From contig JBBRRY010000016.1 of the NCBI GenBank assembly GCA_038245905.1, forward strand, positions 4,955 through 68,954: DNA of 64,000 bases, in the 5' to 3' direction. A program made the translations under genes and the position numbers. Below, one piece after another: positions 34,890 to 45,415 of this stretch. The DNA is from Thermoanaerobaculia bacterium. GTDB lineage: Bacteria; Acidobacteriota; Thermoanaerobaculia; UBA5066. Position 1 is the first letter of the stretch, and each line of letters opens with the position of its first letter. The notes below the pieces were generated by a model. The model was given only the letters and a program-made list of their open reading frames with translations. It had not been told where the DNA came from and ran no database searches.

Positions 34890-36209
34890 TCAGGTGCCAC
34901 TTCCCTTCAGGACCGTGACGACCGTCCGAAGTAGGATGAAAACGTCCAGGAGCGGCGTCCAATGGAAGAGGTAGCCAAGGTCGTAGCGGAGTTTGACGTC
35001 CGGCTTCGTCGCATAGAGCCCCATCACCTGTGCGAGACCCGTCAGACCCGGCTTGAGGACGTGCCGGAGACGGTAGGCGGGGATCTCCTTCTCGTAGAGC
35101 GCGACGAACTCGGGCCGCTCGGGCCGCGGTCCGATGAGGCTCATCGACCCACCGAGGACGTGGAGAAGCTGCGGCAGCTCGTCGAGCCGCGTCCTCCTGA
35201 GGAGGGCTCCGGCCGGCGTCACGCGCTCGTCGTCCCGGCCCGAGAGTGTGGGACCCGTTTCGGCCTCGGCGTCGGCCCGCATCGTGCGGACCTTCCACAG
35301 CAGAAACTCCCGCCCCCACCGGCCGACCCTGCGCTGGCGGATCCACGGCGCTCCCGGGCTACCGAGCGCGACGGCAAGCGTCACCAGGACGAGAATCGGG
35401 GCAGCGGCGAAGAGCAGAGCCGACCCGAAAACGATGTCGAGAGCGCGTCTCCATGCGAAGGCGAAGAAGCTCGCACCCTGCGTCGCCACGGGCGTGAGGG
35501 GCAGGTCAGCAAGGCTCTTCGTCACCGCCCGCGAGGACACGATGTCCGCGAGACCGGGAAGCACCCAGAGGTCAAAGTCGTTTTCGAGGCTGCGCTCGAG
35601 AAGGGCCACGAGCTTCGGCCGGTCTTCCGGCCGCTCGGACGCAAAGATGACATCTCGCGCACCTTTCAGCTCCTCCAGCGATACATCCTCGCTCCAGCCC
35701 GCGAGCATGTGCCCGGTGATTTGCCCCGCCCTCAAGGCGTCGGCCGCGCGACGCGCGTCGAGGCCCGAGCCGAGCACCAGAACAGCGCGCGTGCCGATCG
35801 GCGCGAGGACGTCGGCCAACGACCGCCAACGCCCAAGCGCGAAGGACAGGAGCGGCACCCAGACGAGGAGCACCGTGCGCGGCACTGCCTGGCCCGCAAA
35901 AAAGTACGCGGCGACAATCAGGCCGCCCGCGACGAGCGCCGACACGAGGAGGCCGCCCCGTTCTCTCACCGATGCGAACGGCTCGTCGTAGGTACCTGCC
36001 AGCCACAGCGCGGCCAGCGTCGCAAAAGCCACGAGGGCGAGCCACGGAATCTCGAGCGAGAGGTTAGAAGCCGGCAGCCTTCCGACCGTGCCCGGCAGCG
36101 CAAGGAGCCGGCGCGCGGTGACGACGAGAGCGAAAAGGCCGGAGGCCACACAGGCGTCGCCCACCGCGAGGAGAAGGCCGCGGCCTTTCCGCCGGCCCCG
36201 CGGCCTCAC
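34890..36209 (-). CDS. Polyprenyl-phosphate sugar transferase (WbaP/EpsB-type initiating glycosylphosphotransferase)
   Basis: N-terminal TM helices are followed by the C-terminal bacterial sugar transferase domain, with RRALDIVFGSALLFAAAPILVLVTLAV, LLWKVRTM, DELPQLLHVLGGSMSLIGPRPE and the C-terminal FILLRTV. Confidence 0.85.
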   Translation of the reverse strand: MRPRGRRKGRGLLLAVGDACVASGLFALVVTARRLLALPGTVGRLPASNLSLEIPWLALVAFATLAALWLAGTYDEPFASVRERGGLLVSALVAGGLIVAAYFFAGQAVPRTVLLVWVPLLSFALGRWRSLADVLAPIGTRAVLVLGSGLDARRAADALRAGQITGHMLAGWSEDVSLEELKGARDVIFASERPEDRPKLVALLERSLENDFDLWVLPGLADIVSSRAVTKSLADLPLTPVATQGASFFAFAWRRALDIVFGSALLFAAAPILVLVTLAVALGSPGAPWIRQRRVGRWGREFLLWKVRTMRADAEAETGPTLSGRDDERVTPAGALLRRTRLDELPQLLHVLGGSMSLIGPRPERPEFVALYEKEIPAYRLRHVLKPGLTGLAQVMGLYATKPDVKLRYDLGYLFHWTPLLDVFILLRTVVTVLKGSGT

Positions 36210-37357
36210 GGACTCCCCCGCGCCGCCCGGTATGCCGCGACGAAGCCGGCGACGGAAGCCCGGCGATCCGCATGCGCCTCGACGAACGCGCGGCCCGCCG
36301 CACCGTCCCGTGCCGCCCGCTCGGGGTCGCCAAGATAGTCCGCGATCGCGCGGGCGAACTCTTCGTCCGTGTCCGCCGTCGCGGCGGGTGGAAGAACGCC
36401 GGACGACGCGGCGCGCAGGACGGCACCGGGCGACGCCACGACGGCCGCGCCCGCCTCGAAGGCCTCGAAGAGCTTGTTGGGTGTGCCCGTCCCGAGGTCC
36501 ACGGGCGCCACGACGACGCGTGCCGTCCGGAGGAAGGCGGCCATATCCGGTACGGGACTCACGACCTCGACGCCGCCCTGTCCCCCCGCCTCACGGATCT
36601 CGCGAGGAGCGTCGGCCCCGCCGAGGAGGAGACGGGCGTCCGGCACCGCGCGCTTCACGCGCGGCCAGATGTCCTCGAGAAGTCGTCGCGCGGCCAAGCG
36701 ATTCGGACGGTACATGAGACGCCCGGTGAAGGCCACGACGGGCCCGCGCCGGGACGGGCCGGCCGGAAGCAGTACGACGCCGTTCGCCACCGCCCGGGTC
36801 CCGGGCGGGAGCCGCGCGGCGTCGGCCGGCGTCGTCCCGAGAAGGACGGCCGCGCCCCGGGCCGCGCGCTCCTCGGCGCGCACGAGGCGCGGCGCGTCGA
36901 GGGCCCAGTAGGCACGTCGCCAAAGCGCGGGATCGTGCCGGGCCGCCTGTCGCGCGGCCGCAGCAAGCGCGTCCACAAAGTCGACGACGAGCGGCGCGTC
37001 CGGCAGCGCTCCCGAGACGTGCGCAAGGAGGCGCGGAAGAAGCAGCGCGACCACGAGGTCGGCGCCTCCCGCCTCTTTCAGCGCTGAGCGGAAATCTCCC
37101 GCGAAGAGCGCCGACTGGAGAGGGTCTCCGGAGAGAAGCGCCCGCACCATGACGAGCGGGACGCGCGCGGGAGAGAGAGCAACCGGCACGACGCGCGCGG
37201 CGAGCGGCACGTCCGGTTTCTCCCGCGGCCCGGCACCTCCGACGATCGTCGTCTCGAACCCGGCTTCGTTGAGCGCCTGGAGGTGGATCTCCGCCCTGAG
37301 CCGATCGCCCGTGAAGCCGGTCCCGGGCAGGCGGGGAACGAGCAGGATCGCTTTCAT
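36206..37357 (-). CDS. Glycosyltransferase family 1 (GT-B)
   Basis: The ATG at 37355-37357 gives MKAILLVPRLPGTG. The C-terminal GT1 motif GTPNKLFEAFEAGAAVVAS is present. It overlaps the upstream GT2 stop (ATGA) and the downstream start by 4 nt. Confidence 0.8.
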   Translation of the reverse strand: MKAILLVPRLPGTGFTGDRLRAEIHLQALNEAGFETTIVGGAGPREKPDVPLAARVVPVALSPARVPLVMVRALLSGDPLQSALFAGDFRSALKEAGGADLVVALLLPRLLAHVSGALPDAPLVVDFVDALAAAARQAARHDPALWRRAYWALDAPRLVRAEERAARGAAVLLGTTPADAARLPPGTRAVANGVVLLPAGPSRRGPVVAFTGRLMYRPNRLAARRLLEDIWPRVKRAVPDARLLLGGADAPREIREAGGQGGVEVVSPVPDMAAFLRTARVVVAPVDLGTGTPNKLFEAFEAGAAVVASPGAVLRAASSGVLPPAATADTDEEFARAIADYLGDPERAARDGAAGRAFVEAHADRRASVAGFVAAYRAARGSP

Positions 37358-38613
37358 GCAGGAGGGCGCGCCCGGTGCCAGCGGGAAGGCGCGAGCAGCG
37401 CGCGAGCGGCGGCGCGTGTCCACATCGAAAAAGACGCCGCGAAATCGGCGAAAGCCACGGGAGGAACTTCCGGTGGATAGCCGAGGCGCCGCCGGAGCGC
37501 GGCGATCGAAAGCCACTCGAGGACGAGGGCGAGTTTTGCTTCGAGTGAAAGAAGGATAAGGAAGGCCAGAAGTGCAACGGGCCGTCCATTCAAAGACAAA
37601 ACCAGCATGAGCACATCCGAGGCGCCCGCAAGAATCGCGAGGGTTCCGAGCAAAAGGACCCTCGGACGAAGCCAGAGATCGGCCGCCAGAACGAACGCGC
37701 CCTTCGGGCTCTTCGCCGCGATCCGGAGGAGATCGCCGAGGCCCGTGAAAAGGAGCTTCATGTGCCCACCCAGCCATCGCGCGCGCGAGCCCGACATCGC
37801 GCGCGAGCCCGGGACTGGTTCGTCGAACGCGACGGGCGCCGCGAGAGCGCGGACGCGCACTCCCGACGCCAGGAGCCGGAGGGTCGCTTCGGAGTCCTCG
37901 ACGGTCGTCGCGGTAGCCACGGCCGGCCCGGCGTGAAACGCCCGCGGCGAGAAACCCATGGCCTTACCGCGCAGCCGGACGGGCAGGCCTTCGGCATCCC
38001 GCGCAAGGTCGTCCTCCAGGGCCTGGGCGAGAGAGAGCGCCTCGACGCGCGGCGCGCCCGAGGCGGGGACTCCCGCGGGCCGGACCGGAAGCTGGAACGC
38101 CTCTGTCCCGACGGGCACGGCGAGATCGCGGAAAAATCGTTCCGGCAGCCTCATGTCGGCGTCGAACACAAGGATGAAGTCGTAGGCATCCAGCCGGTCG
38201 CCCATGCTCGCGGCGAGAAACGCAAGCGCATGTCCTTTCGCAGGACCGGGAAGATTCTTCGAAAGGTAAGAGATTCCGTCGCGCGCAAGACGGGCCTGCG
38301 CCTCGGGGTCCGGACCGTCCAGGAGGACCAGAATGTCGACGGCAAAGGAGCTTGCGCTCGCCTCTGCGCCGCCCGCGATCTTCACCTTCGAAGAAATCTC
38401 TTTCTCCGACTCTCTCGTCACGTCCGCGGCGATGTCGCCGACGCGCGCGCCCTCGGCGCGAGCCGGCACGAGCACGAGCAGGCGTGCCGGACGCATGCCC
38501 CGCTCCGGCGCGCCGCGCCCTCGCACGAGGCGCCGCAGCCTCAGGGCCGCGTCGAGCGCGGGCAGCGCTGCCGCGAGGGCCAGCAGGCCGCAGAGGACCG
38601 TCGCCTTATCCAC
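37354..38613 (-). CDS. Membrane glycosyltransferase family 2 (synthase-like, with a C-terminal TM bundle)
   Basis: An N-terminal TM segment, the DxD motif in FILVFDADMRLPERF, and a C-terminal polytopic region (AFVLAADLWLRPRVLLLGTLAILAGASDVLMLVLSL...) are present. Confidence 0.75.
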   Translation of the reverse strand: MDKATVLCGLLALAAALPALDAALRLRRLVRGRGAPERGMRPARLLVLVPARAEGARVGDIAADVTRESEKEISSKVKIAGGAEASASSFAVDILVLLDGPDPEAQARLARDGISYLSKNLPGPAKGHALAFLAASMGDRLDAYDFILVFDADMRLPERFFRDLAVPVGTEAFQLPVRPAGVPASGAPRVEALSLAQALEDDLARDAEGLPVRLRGKAMGFSPRAFHAGPAVATATTVEDSEATLRLLASGVRVRALAAPVAFDEPVPGSRAMSGSRARWLGGHMKLLFTGLGDLLRIAAKSPKGAFVLAADLWLRPRVLLLGTLAILAGASDVLMLVLSLNGRPVALLAFLILLSLEAKLALVLEWLSIAALRRRLGYPPEVPPVAFADFAASFSMWTRAAARALLAPSRWHRARPPA

Positions 38614-38638
38614 GCGGCCTGCATCGTAGCGCCGAACG

Positions 38639-40954
38639 TCAGCGGGTCGTGCGCGACTGTGCGTCCACCACGCCGAATGCGGCCATGTTCACGATGTCGA
38701 CCACCTCGACTCCGCGCTGGAGGACATGAACGGGCTTGCCCATTCCCATGAGGATCGGCCCGATCGCATCCGCCTTGGCGAGACGCCACACGAGCTTGTA
38801 GGCGGCGTTCGCGCTCTGGAGCTCCGGAAAGACGAGGACGTTCGCCGGGCCCGTGAGGCCCGCCCACGGGTACTCCTCCTTCAGGAACTCGGGAAGAACC
38901 GCCGTATCGGCCTGCATCTCGCCGTCACATTCGAGCGCCGGCCGGCGCTTCTTCACGATTTTCACGGCCTCCCGGACTTTGTCCGTCGAAGGGTGCTTCG
39001 TCGAGCCGAAGTTCGAGAACGAGATCATCGCGACGCGCGGCTGGACACCGAAGAGCTTCGCCGTGTCGGCCGACAAAAGCGCGATCTCCGCCAGATCCTC
39101 CGCGCTGGGCTCGATGTTGACTGTCGTGTCGGCGAAGAAGAACGTCCGGTCCTGCAGGATCAGGACGTAGAGGCCCGAAACCTTCTTGACGCCGTCCTTG
39201 ACGCCGATCGTCTGGAGGGCCGGCTTGATCGTCTCCGGGTAATAGGTCGTGAGGCCGGAGAGCGAGACGTCCGCGTCGCCCTGGTCGACCATCATGCCGG
39301 CGAAGTAGTTCCGGATTCGCATGTAGGTCTGGGCGTCCTCGAGGGTGACGCCGTGGCGCTTCCTCTTCTCGACGAAGGCCTTCGCGTACTTCTGGAAGTT
39401 CGGGTGCGTTTCCGGGTCGATCACCTCGATCGGCGCCTTGACATCGAGCGCCTTCAGGGCCGCCTCGGCCTTCCTCCCGCGCGAGAGGAGGATCGGGATC
39501 GCGATCTTCTCCTCGGCGAGGATCTTGGCGGCGCGTTGGACCTTCGGGTGATCCCCTTCGGCGAGGACGACGCGCTTGGGGTCGCTTTTCGCCTTGCCGT
39601 GGATGACCTGCATGAAGGACCGCGAACGTGACAGCATGCCCTCGAGCCTCTGGCGGTAGGCGTCCATGTCCTTGATGGGCCGCTTGGCCACTCCCGTCGC
39701 CGCGGCCGCCTCGGCTACCGCCGGTGCGACGTGCAAGAGCACGCGCCAGTCGAAAGGCTTCGGAATCAGGTACTCGCGTCCGAACTTGAAGCCGTCGACG
39801 CCATAGGCGCGGGCTACGGAATCGGGCACGTCCTCCTTGGCGAGATTCGCGAGCGCCTTCGACGCGGCGAGCTTCATCGCCTCGTTGATCTGCGTCGCGC
39901 GGCAATCGAGTGCGCCGCGGAAGATGAACGGGAAGCCCAGCACGTTGTTGACCTGATTGGGGTAGTCGGACCGGCCCGTCGCCATGATGACGTCGGGACG
40001 CGCGGCCTTCGCCTCCTCCGGGCTGATCTCCGGCACCGGGTTCGCCATGGCGAAGATGATCGGGTCCTTCGCCATCTTCTTGATCATCTCTCCGTTGATG
40101 AGCTTCGCTGCCGAGACGCCGATGAAAGCGTCTGCGCCCTCGAGCGCCTCGGCAACCGTGCGCTTTTTCGTGTCGCGCGCGAAGCGCTCCTTGTATTGAT
40201 TCATGTTCTCGGTCCGGCCCTTCCAGATCACGCCGGTCCGGTCGACCATGAGGATATTCTCGAGCTTCACGCCATACGTGATGTAAAGGTTCGCGCACGC
40301 GTTCGCGGCGGCGCCCGCGCCGGCGAAGACGACTTTCACGTCTTCGATCTTCTTCTTCGCGATCTCGAGGGCGTTCAGGAACGCCGCGGCCGAAATGATC
40401 GCGGTCCCGTGCTGGTCGTCGTGAAAGACCGGGATGCCCATGCGCTTCTTGAGCTGCCCCTCGATGTAGAAGCACTCGGGCGCCTTGATGTCCTCGAGAT
40501 TGATGCCTCCGAACGTGGGCTCGAGGCGTGCGACGCACTCGATGAACTTGTCGGGGTCCTTCTCGTCCACTTCGATGTCGAACACGTCGACGTCGGCGAA
40601 CCTCTTGAACAGCACGCCCTTCCCTTCCATGACGGGCTTGCCGGCGAGAGGACCGATGTCTCCGAGACCGAGCACGGCCGTGCCGTTGGAGATGACGGCG
40701 ACGAGATTTCCCTTGCCCGTGTACTCGTAGGCAAGGTCGGGGTCCCGCGCGATTTCGAGGCACGGCTCGGCGACGCCGGGCGTGTATGCGAGGGAGAGGT
40801 CGCGGGCGGTGGCGCAAGGCTTGGAAGGAATGACCTCCAGCTTTCCCTTGCGGCCGGTGGAGTGATAGTCGAGGGCGTCCTGCTTGGAAAGGCTCACGCG
40901 TGTTCCTTTCGTCGATCCGCCGACGATTCTAGAACTCTCCTTCCGGGCCCGCAT
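38639..40954 (-). CDS. maeB: NADP-dependent malic enzyme (malic enzyme plus phosphotransacetylase-like domain, MaeB type)
   Basis: [42 protein letters not shown] and [15 protein letters not shown] (NAD(P)-binding) are followed by a C-terminal PTA-like domain of about 330 aa. Total length is 771 aa. Confidence 0.9.
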   Translation of the reverse strand: MRARKESSRIVGGSTKGTRVSLSKQDALDYHSTGRKGKLEVIPSKPCATARDLSLAYTPGVAEPCLEIARDPDLAYEYTGKGNLVAVISNGTAVLGLGDIGPLAGKPVMEGKGVLFKRFADVDVFDIEVDEKDPDKFIECVARLEPTFGGINLEDIKAPECFYIEGQLKKRMGIPVFHDDQHGTAIISAAAFLNALEIAKKKIEDVKVVFAGAGAAANACANLYITYGVKLENILMVDRTGVIWKGRTENMNQYKERFARDTKKRTVAEALEGADAFIGVSAAKLINGEMIKKMAKDPIIFAMANPVPEISPEEAKAARPDVIMATGRSDYPNQVNNVLGFPFIFRGALDCRATQINEAMKLAASKALANLAKEDVPDSVARAYGVDGFKFGREYLIPKPFDWRVLLHVAPAVAEAAAATGVAKRPIKDMDAYRQRLEGMLSRSRSFMQVIHGKAKSDPKRVVLAEGDHPKVQRAAKILAEEKIAIPILLSRGRKAEAALKALDVKAPIEVIDPETHPNFQKYAKAFVEKRKRHGVTLEDAQTYMRIRNYFAGMMVDQGDADVSLSGLTTYYPETIKPALQTIGVKDGVKKVSGLYVLILQDRTFFFADTTVNIEPSAEDLAEIALLSADTAKLFGVQPRVAMISFSNFGSTKHPSTDKVREAVKIVKKRRPALECDGEMQADTAVLPEFLKEEYPWAGLTGPANVLVFPELQSANAAYKLVWRLAKADAIGPILMGMGKPVHVLQRGVEVVDIVNMAAFGVVDAQSRTTR

Positions 40955-40966
40955 GATGCGGACGCA

Positions 40967-41797
40967 CTAAGTCCGGCGAAAACGGTCGACGAGGGCCGGA
41001 AGAACGATCCTCAGCCGGAAATCGGGGAAGGCCTGCGTCAAGGCAGAATAAACCTCGTCCTCACCCGCGGATTTCGACGCTTCCGCGACGATTTCCTGCG
41101 CCCGGTGGAAGTAGCGAAGCTGGTCCTCCACGGAATCGCAGCCTCCCGCGAGGCCGTGGCCCGGGACGAGCGTCGTGAACGGGATTCCGCGGAGCCCCTC
41201 GAGCGCCGAACGCCACCCGGCGACGTTCGCGTCCTCGAAATTCGGGTGATAGCCCGTCGAGACGAGGTCTCCCGACACGAGAACAGAGAGGGCCGGGACA
41301 TAAATGCAAAGGTCGCCGGGCGTGTGGGCGTGGCCGGGGTGAAAGACGTCGAACCTGAGTCCGCCGGCCTCGAACGCGAAGCGGTCCGTCACGAGGCGCG
41401 TCGGGGCGTATGGCACGGCGCCCTCGAAGAGCGCCGCCAGCGCGGGGTCCCGTCGCCGCTCGTCGATGAGGCCCGCATGCTCGAGCGCCATGCGCCGGCC
41501 TGCGGTCTCGTGAGCGATCACCTCTGCACCGTGCGCCGCGAACCACGAGGCTCCGAGGGCGTGATCCGTGTGGTGGTGAGTGAGGATGACGTGCGTGACG
41601 GGAGCGTTCGAGCGATCCGCGATCCGCGCCCCGAGGTCCGCCGCCTGGCGTGGCGCGATGAATGGGTCCACGACGACGACGGCGCCCTTTCCGAAAAAGA
41701 CGGTCGCGTTGGAGCCGTAGCTGTCCGCCAGCGTCTCGCCGCCGAGCGTGAAGACGGAAACCTGCGCGGACAGCCGGGTCTCAGCGAGAGGGCCCAC
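40967..41797 (-). CDS. MBL-fold metallo-hydrolase
   Basis: VILTHHHTDHALG (HxHxDH motif), FHPGHAHTPGD and PGHG are present. Confidence 0.8.
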   Translation of the reverse strand: MGPLAETRLSAQVSVFTLGGETLADSYGSNATVFFGKGAVVVVDPFIAPRQAADLGARIADRSNAPVTHVILTHHHTDHALGASWFAAHGAEVIAHETAGRRMALEHAGLIDERRRDPALAALFEGAVPYAPTRLVTDRFAFEAGGLRFDVFHPGHAHTPGDLCIYVPALSVLVSGDLVSTGYHPNFEDANVAGWRSALEGLRGIPFTTLVPGHGLAGGCDSVEDQLRYFHRAQEIVAEASKSAGEDEVYSALTQAFPDFRLRIVLPALVDRFRRT

Positions 41798-41882
41798 GCT
41801 GCGATCCTAAAGCGAAACGGGGCGCGCCCGCCTCCCGAAGGAGACTGGCGCGCCCCGGAAATGGCGCGGAGAAAAGTCGGGC

Positions 41883-42680
41883 TCAGGCGGCCCGAACGAA
41901 GAGGATCTTCACCGCCGCGGCAGCGAGAGCGAGGCCGAGCGCGATCAGCGCCCACGTCGACAGTGCCGGGACTGGACTCGAGCCGAGCGGGCTGGGGGCC
42001 GCGAGGTAGGCAATGAGGTTGTTCGAGAACGCCTGCGAAGCCGCGTCGGCACTCGGATCCAGGAAGTTCACGTCGAAGACGAGAATCAAGGCACCCGCGG
42101 CCGCGCCGGAGAGCGTCCCGGGAGACCACACGAGCGACGCTCCGAAGTTCGAGCCGTCCTTCGTCACGTACGCGCCGGTCCCTGTCGTCGGGGAGGCGGC
42201 GGCGGCGAGGAACGTGACGGTCGCGACCGCATTCGGGCCCGTGAAGGGGGATTGAACGGTCTGCGCCTGGCTCACCGGGTTCACTGCCGTGATCGCACCG
42301 CCGCCGGCCGTCGAGACGAGGCTGATGATCGAGTTGTTGCGGGTCGGGAAACCGGTGTTTTCGCCCATCACGAAGAGCGACCCGCCGCCGGCCATGAACG
42401 TGACGTAGGCCGAGATGTCGCTCCCGGTGAGCGGCGTCGTGTTGTTGAACCGGATGTCCCAGATCTGCTTGTACGTCGCGAGGCTGCCCCCGGGAACACC
42501 CACGCTCGGGGTCACGGTATACGTGGCCGCGGCGAGCTTACCCGTCAGGTTCCCGAGAACGTTGGCCTCGAGGCCGGCCGTGCCGTCGTGAACGATCAGC
42601 GCGTTGGCGGCCAGGCCGACACCTGGCGCAGAGAGAAGGAGGGCGACCAACGCCCGGGTGAGCATGGACCGTATACTCAT
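41883..42680 (-). CDS. Secreted protein with a C-terminal IPTL-CTERM-like sorting tail
   Basis: The N-terminal signal peptide is MLTRALVALLLSAPGVGLAA. The C-terminus SPVPALSTWALIALGLALAAAAVKILFVRAA has a P-x-L-S-x-W motif plus a TM helix and a short basic tail, as in IPTL-CTERM (exosortase-family) sorting signals. Confidence 0.6.
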   Translation of the reverse strand: MSIRSMLTRALVALLLSAPGVGLAANALIVHDGTAGLEANVLGNLTGKLAAATYTVTPSVGVPGGSLATYKQIWDIRFNNTTPLTGSDISAYVTFMAGGGSLFVMGENTGFPTRNNSIISLVSTAGGGAITAVNPVSQAQTVQSPFTGPNAVATVTFLAAAASPTTGTGAYVTKDGSNFGASLVWSPGTLSGAAAGALILVFDVNFLDPSADAASQAFSNNLIAYLAAPSPLGSSPVPALSTWALIALGLALAAAAVKILFVRAA

Positions 42681-42747
42681 CTTGGTTCCTTTCGGTCTCC
42701 CCGTCCGGAGAGCCCGTCGAGCGGATTCAGAAATTTCGAGAATCCTA

Positions 42748-44530
42748 TCACGCTGGAAGGAGCGTTTTCGCTCCTGCCGCGAGCGAACTTTTCACGATTT
42801 CGACGACCCGGTCCGGGGCGATTTCGGTCGCCTTCCGTTCGCGGCGCGTCGAAACCTCGACGACGCCCTTCGCGAGGCCCTTGCCGCCCACGACGACCCT
42901 GAGCGGGAAGCCGATGAGGTCGATGTCCTTGAACTTCACGCCGGGACGCTCGTCCCGGTCGTCATAGAAGACGTCGACGCCCGCGGCCTTGAGCCCCTCG
43001 TAGAGCTTGTCCGCCGCCTCGAGAACGTGCGCGTCACGCTGCAGCACGGCGACGACGCACGCGAAGGGCGCGAGCGGCACCGGCCAGACGATTCCGACGT
43101 CGTCGTGGTTCTGCTCGATGGCGGCCGCCACCGTGCGGCCGAGGCCGAGCCCGTAGCAGCCCATCGCGAGCGGCACCATCTTCTGACTCTGGTCGGCAAC
43201 CTCGCACTTCATGGACTGGGAATACTTCGTCCCGAGCTTGAAGATGTGCCCGACCTCGATGCCTCGCTTGATGTGGAGCGTGCCGGCGCCGGAAGGCGAA
43301 GGATCTCCTTCGCGGGCGGTCGCGATTTCGACGACGCCTTTGAAGGTGGGCAGCGACATCACGTCGCGCTTGATGGAGACCTGGGCGTGATGGGTTCCAT
43401 CCTGGTTGGCTCCGCACCAGATATTCCGCCCGTTCTCCAGCGATCGGTCGACGAAGAGAAGAATGGGATTTTCTTTGAAGGGAAGAAGATCGAGCGGTCC
43501 GACGAATCCGGGCACCGTCCCTGATACCTTTCTAAGAATCTCCTCCGAAGTCAGCTTGACGTGAACCGCACCGAGCGCCTTGGGGAGCTTGACCTCGTTG
43601 ATCTCGAGATCGCCACGGATCAGGACCGCGGCGAGTCTGGTGTTGCCGTCCGCTCCCACAGCCTCATAGATCATCGTCTTGACGATGCGCGAGGAAGTCG
43701 TCCCGAGGTGCTTCGCCTGGTCCACGCACGTCGTCAGGCCCGGCGTCGGTGCACTGGCCTTCTGGAGCGTTCTGTCCTCCTCCCCCGCCCAAGGCTCGGG
43801 AAGGGGGGCCGTCGTCGCCTTCTCCACGTTCGCGCCATAGTCGCCCGCGTCGGAGAAGACGAGCGCGTCCTCTCCGGTCTCCGCCACGACCATGAACTCC
43901 TGCGACGCGGACCCGCCGATCGCGCCCGAGTCGGCGTCGACGAGCGCGTACTCCAGGTTACAGCGCTCGAAGATACGCCGGTACGCCGCGTCCATCTTCT
44001 TGTAGTGAAGGTCCAGTCCCTTCTGGTCGACGTCGAACGAGTACGCGTCCTTCATGAGGAATTCGCGGCCGCGCAGGAGGCCGAAGCGGGGGCGGATCTC
44101 GTCGCGGAACTTCGTCCGGATCTGGTAGAGGTTGAACGGCAGCTGCCGCCACGACGTGACCGAGCGCCGCACCATGTCGGTGACGGCTTCCTCGGCGGTC
44201 GGGGCGAGCGCGAACTCGCTCCCCTTGCGGTCCTCGAGATGGAAGAGGATGCCATCGGCGACGTATCGGTCCCAGCGGCCCGACTCGACCCACAGCTCTT
44301 TCGGCTGAAGGATGGGGAGGTCGACTTCCATCGCGCCCGTCGCGTCCATCTCCTCACGCACGATCTCGATCATCTTCCGGAGCGAGCGGAAGCCGAACGG
44401 CGTGAACGAATAAATGCCCGCGGCGAGCTTCTGGATCATCCCCGCCCGGTAGAGAAGCTGATGCGAGACGACCTCGGCGTCGCCGGGCACCTCGCGGAGG
44501 GTCACGAGAAACGACTGAGACCAGCGCATT
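42748..44530 (-). CDS. proS: Proline--tRNA ligase (bacterial type with INS editing domain)
   Basis: The ATG at 44528-44530 gives MRWSQSFLVTLREVPGDAEVVSHQLLYRAGMIQKLAAGIYSFTPFGFR... A class II motif 2/3 region and a C-terminal anticodon-binding domain are present. Length is 594 aa. Confidence 0.9.
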
Positions 44531-44602
44531 GAGCCGGCGAGGATAACAGGGGGGCCTTCAGGCAACTCCGGATTCGATCCCTGCCGGCACCTCCCGGGTG
44601 GA

Positions 44603-45367
44603 CTACTTTTCTCCGCTCACGCACAGGCACGAGGACGCGACCTCGACGTCGGCCCGTGCCCAGGCCTTCCGGAAACGCGCGTTGGCGGTGCCCGCCTCCT
44701 TCGTCCTTCCCTGCGCGCGAAGCGCGCGCGCGAGTCCCTGCAGGGACCATCCGTTCTCCGGGTAGCGGACGAGATCCGCGCGGTACACCGCCTCCGCCTG
44801 CTTCGGCTCTTTCGCCGCGAGGAGGACGGCGCCGAGCGCGTGGCGAGAGGGCACCGTCATGTCCGGCGGCTCGTCGTACTTGAGCGCGTCCTCACGCGTC
44901 ACGGCCTCCCGCAGCCTTGAAATCGCCGTCTCCAGGTCTCCCTTTTGATACGCGATCTCGCCATCGAGGTAGGGCGCGCAGACGCCGAGCACGTCCGCGG
45001 CGGCGTTCGTGCCAAACAGGAAGTCCTTCGGAACCCTGATCTGCCCGAGGGCCGCGAAAGCGACTCCGCGGAGAAACAGGCGATACGCCCGCGAGACGGG
45101 GAGGTACTTCGGGGGCTCCGGCCATGGCAAGACCGGGATCGCGGCGCACCGCTTCACGAAATGCCTTCTCGGCTTCCTCGTGGTTGAACGCGAAGGACCA
45201 GATCAGGCCCTGATCGAACGCCTGCTGCGCCTCGGGACTCTTCGTCGAGACCGCGCGATGGTGAACCCCGAGATCGAAGGGCTTCCAGGGGCCGGCCTCG
45301 GGATCGACTGCAGAGAGAGGCCGCGAAAGGAGGGCAAGGCCGAGGATGAGCATGGTCGAGCGACGCA
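44603..45367 (-). pseudogene. Secreted TPR-like protein gene apparently interrupted by a +1 frameshift near 45125-45160
   Basis: One frame (45367 down to about 45130) encodes the signal peptide MRRSTMLILGLALLSRPLSA and a structured N-domain ...QGLIWSFAFNHEEAEKAFREAVRRDPGLAMA, then decays into Arg/Pro-rich nonsense. A second frame (from about 45157 down to 44603) continues with well-formed TPR-like sequence, ...PWPEPPKYLPVSRAYRLFLRGVAFAALGQ...GWSLQGLARALRAQGRTKEA. The two frames overlap with no gap. Confidence 0.45.
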
Positions 45368-45415
45368 TGGAAACCTCCATTTCGGGGAACCGAAAAATAA
45401 TAGACTGCCGGGGCG

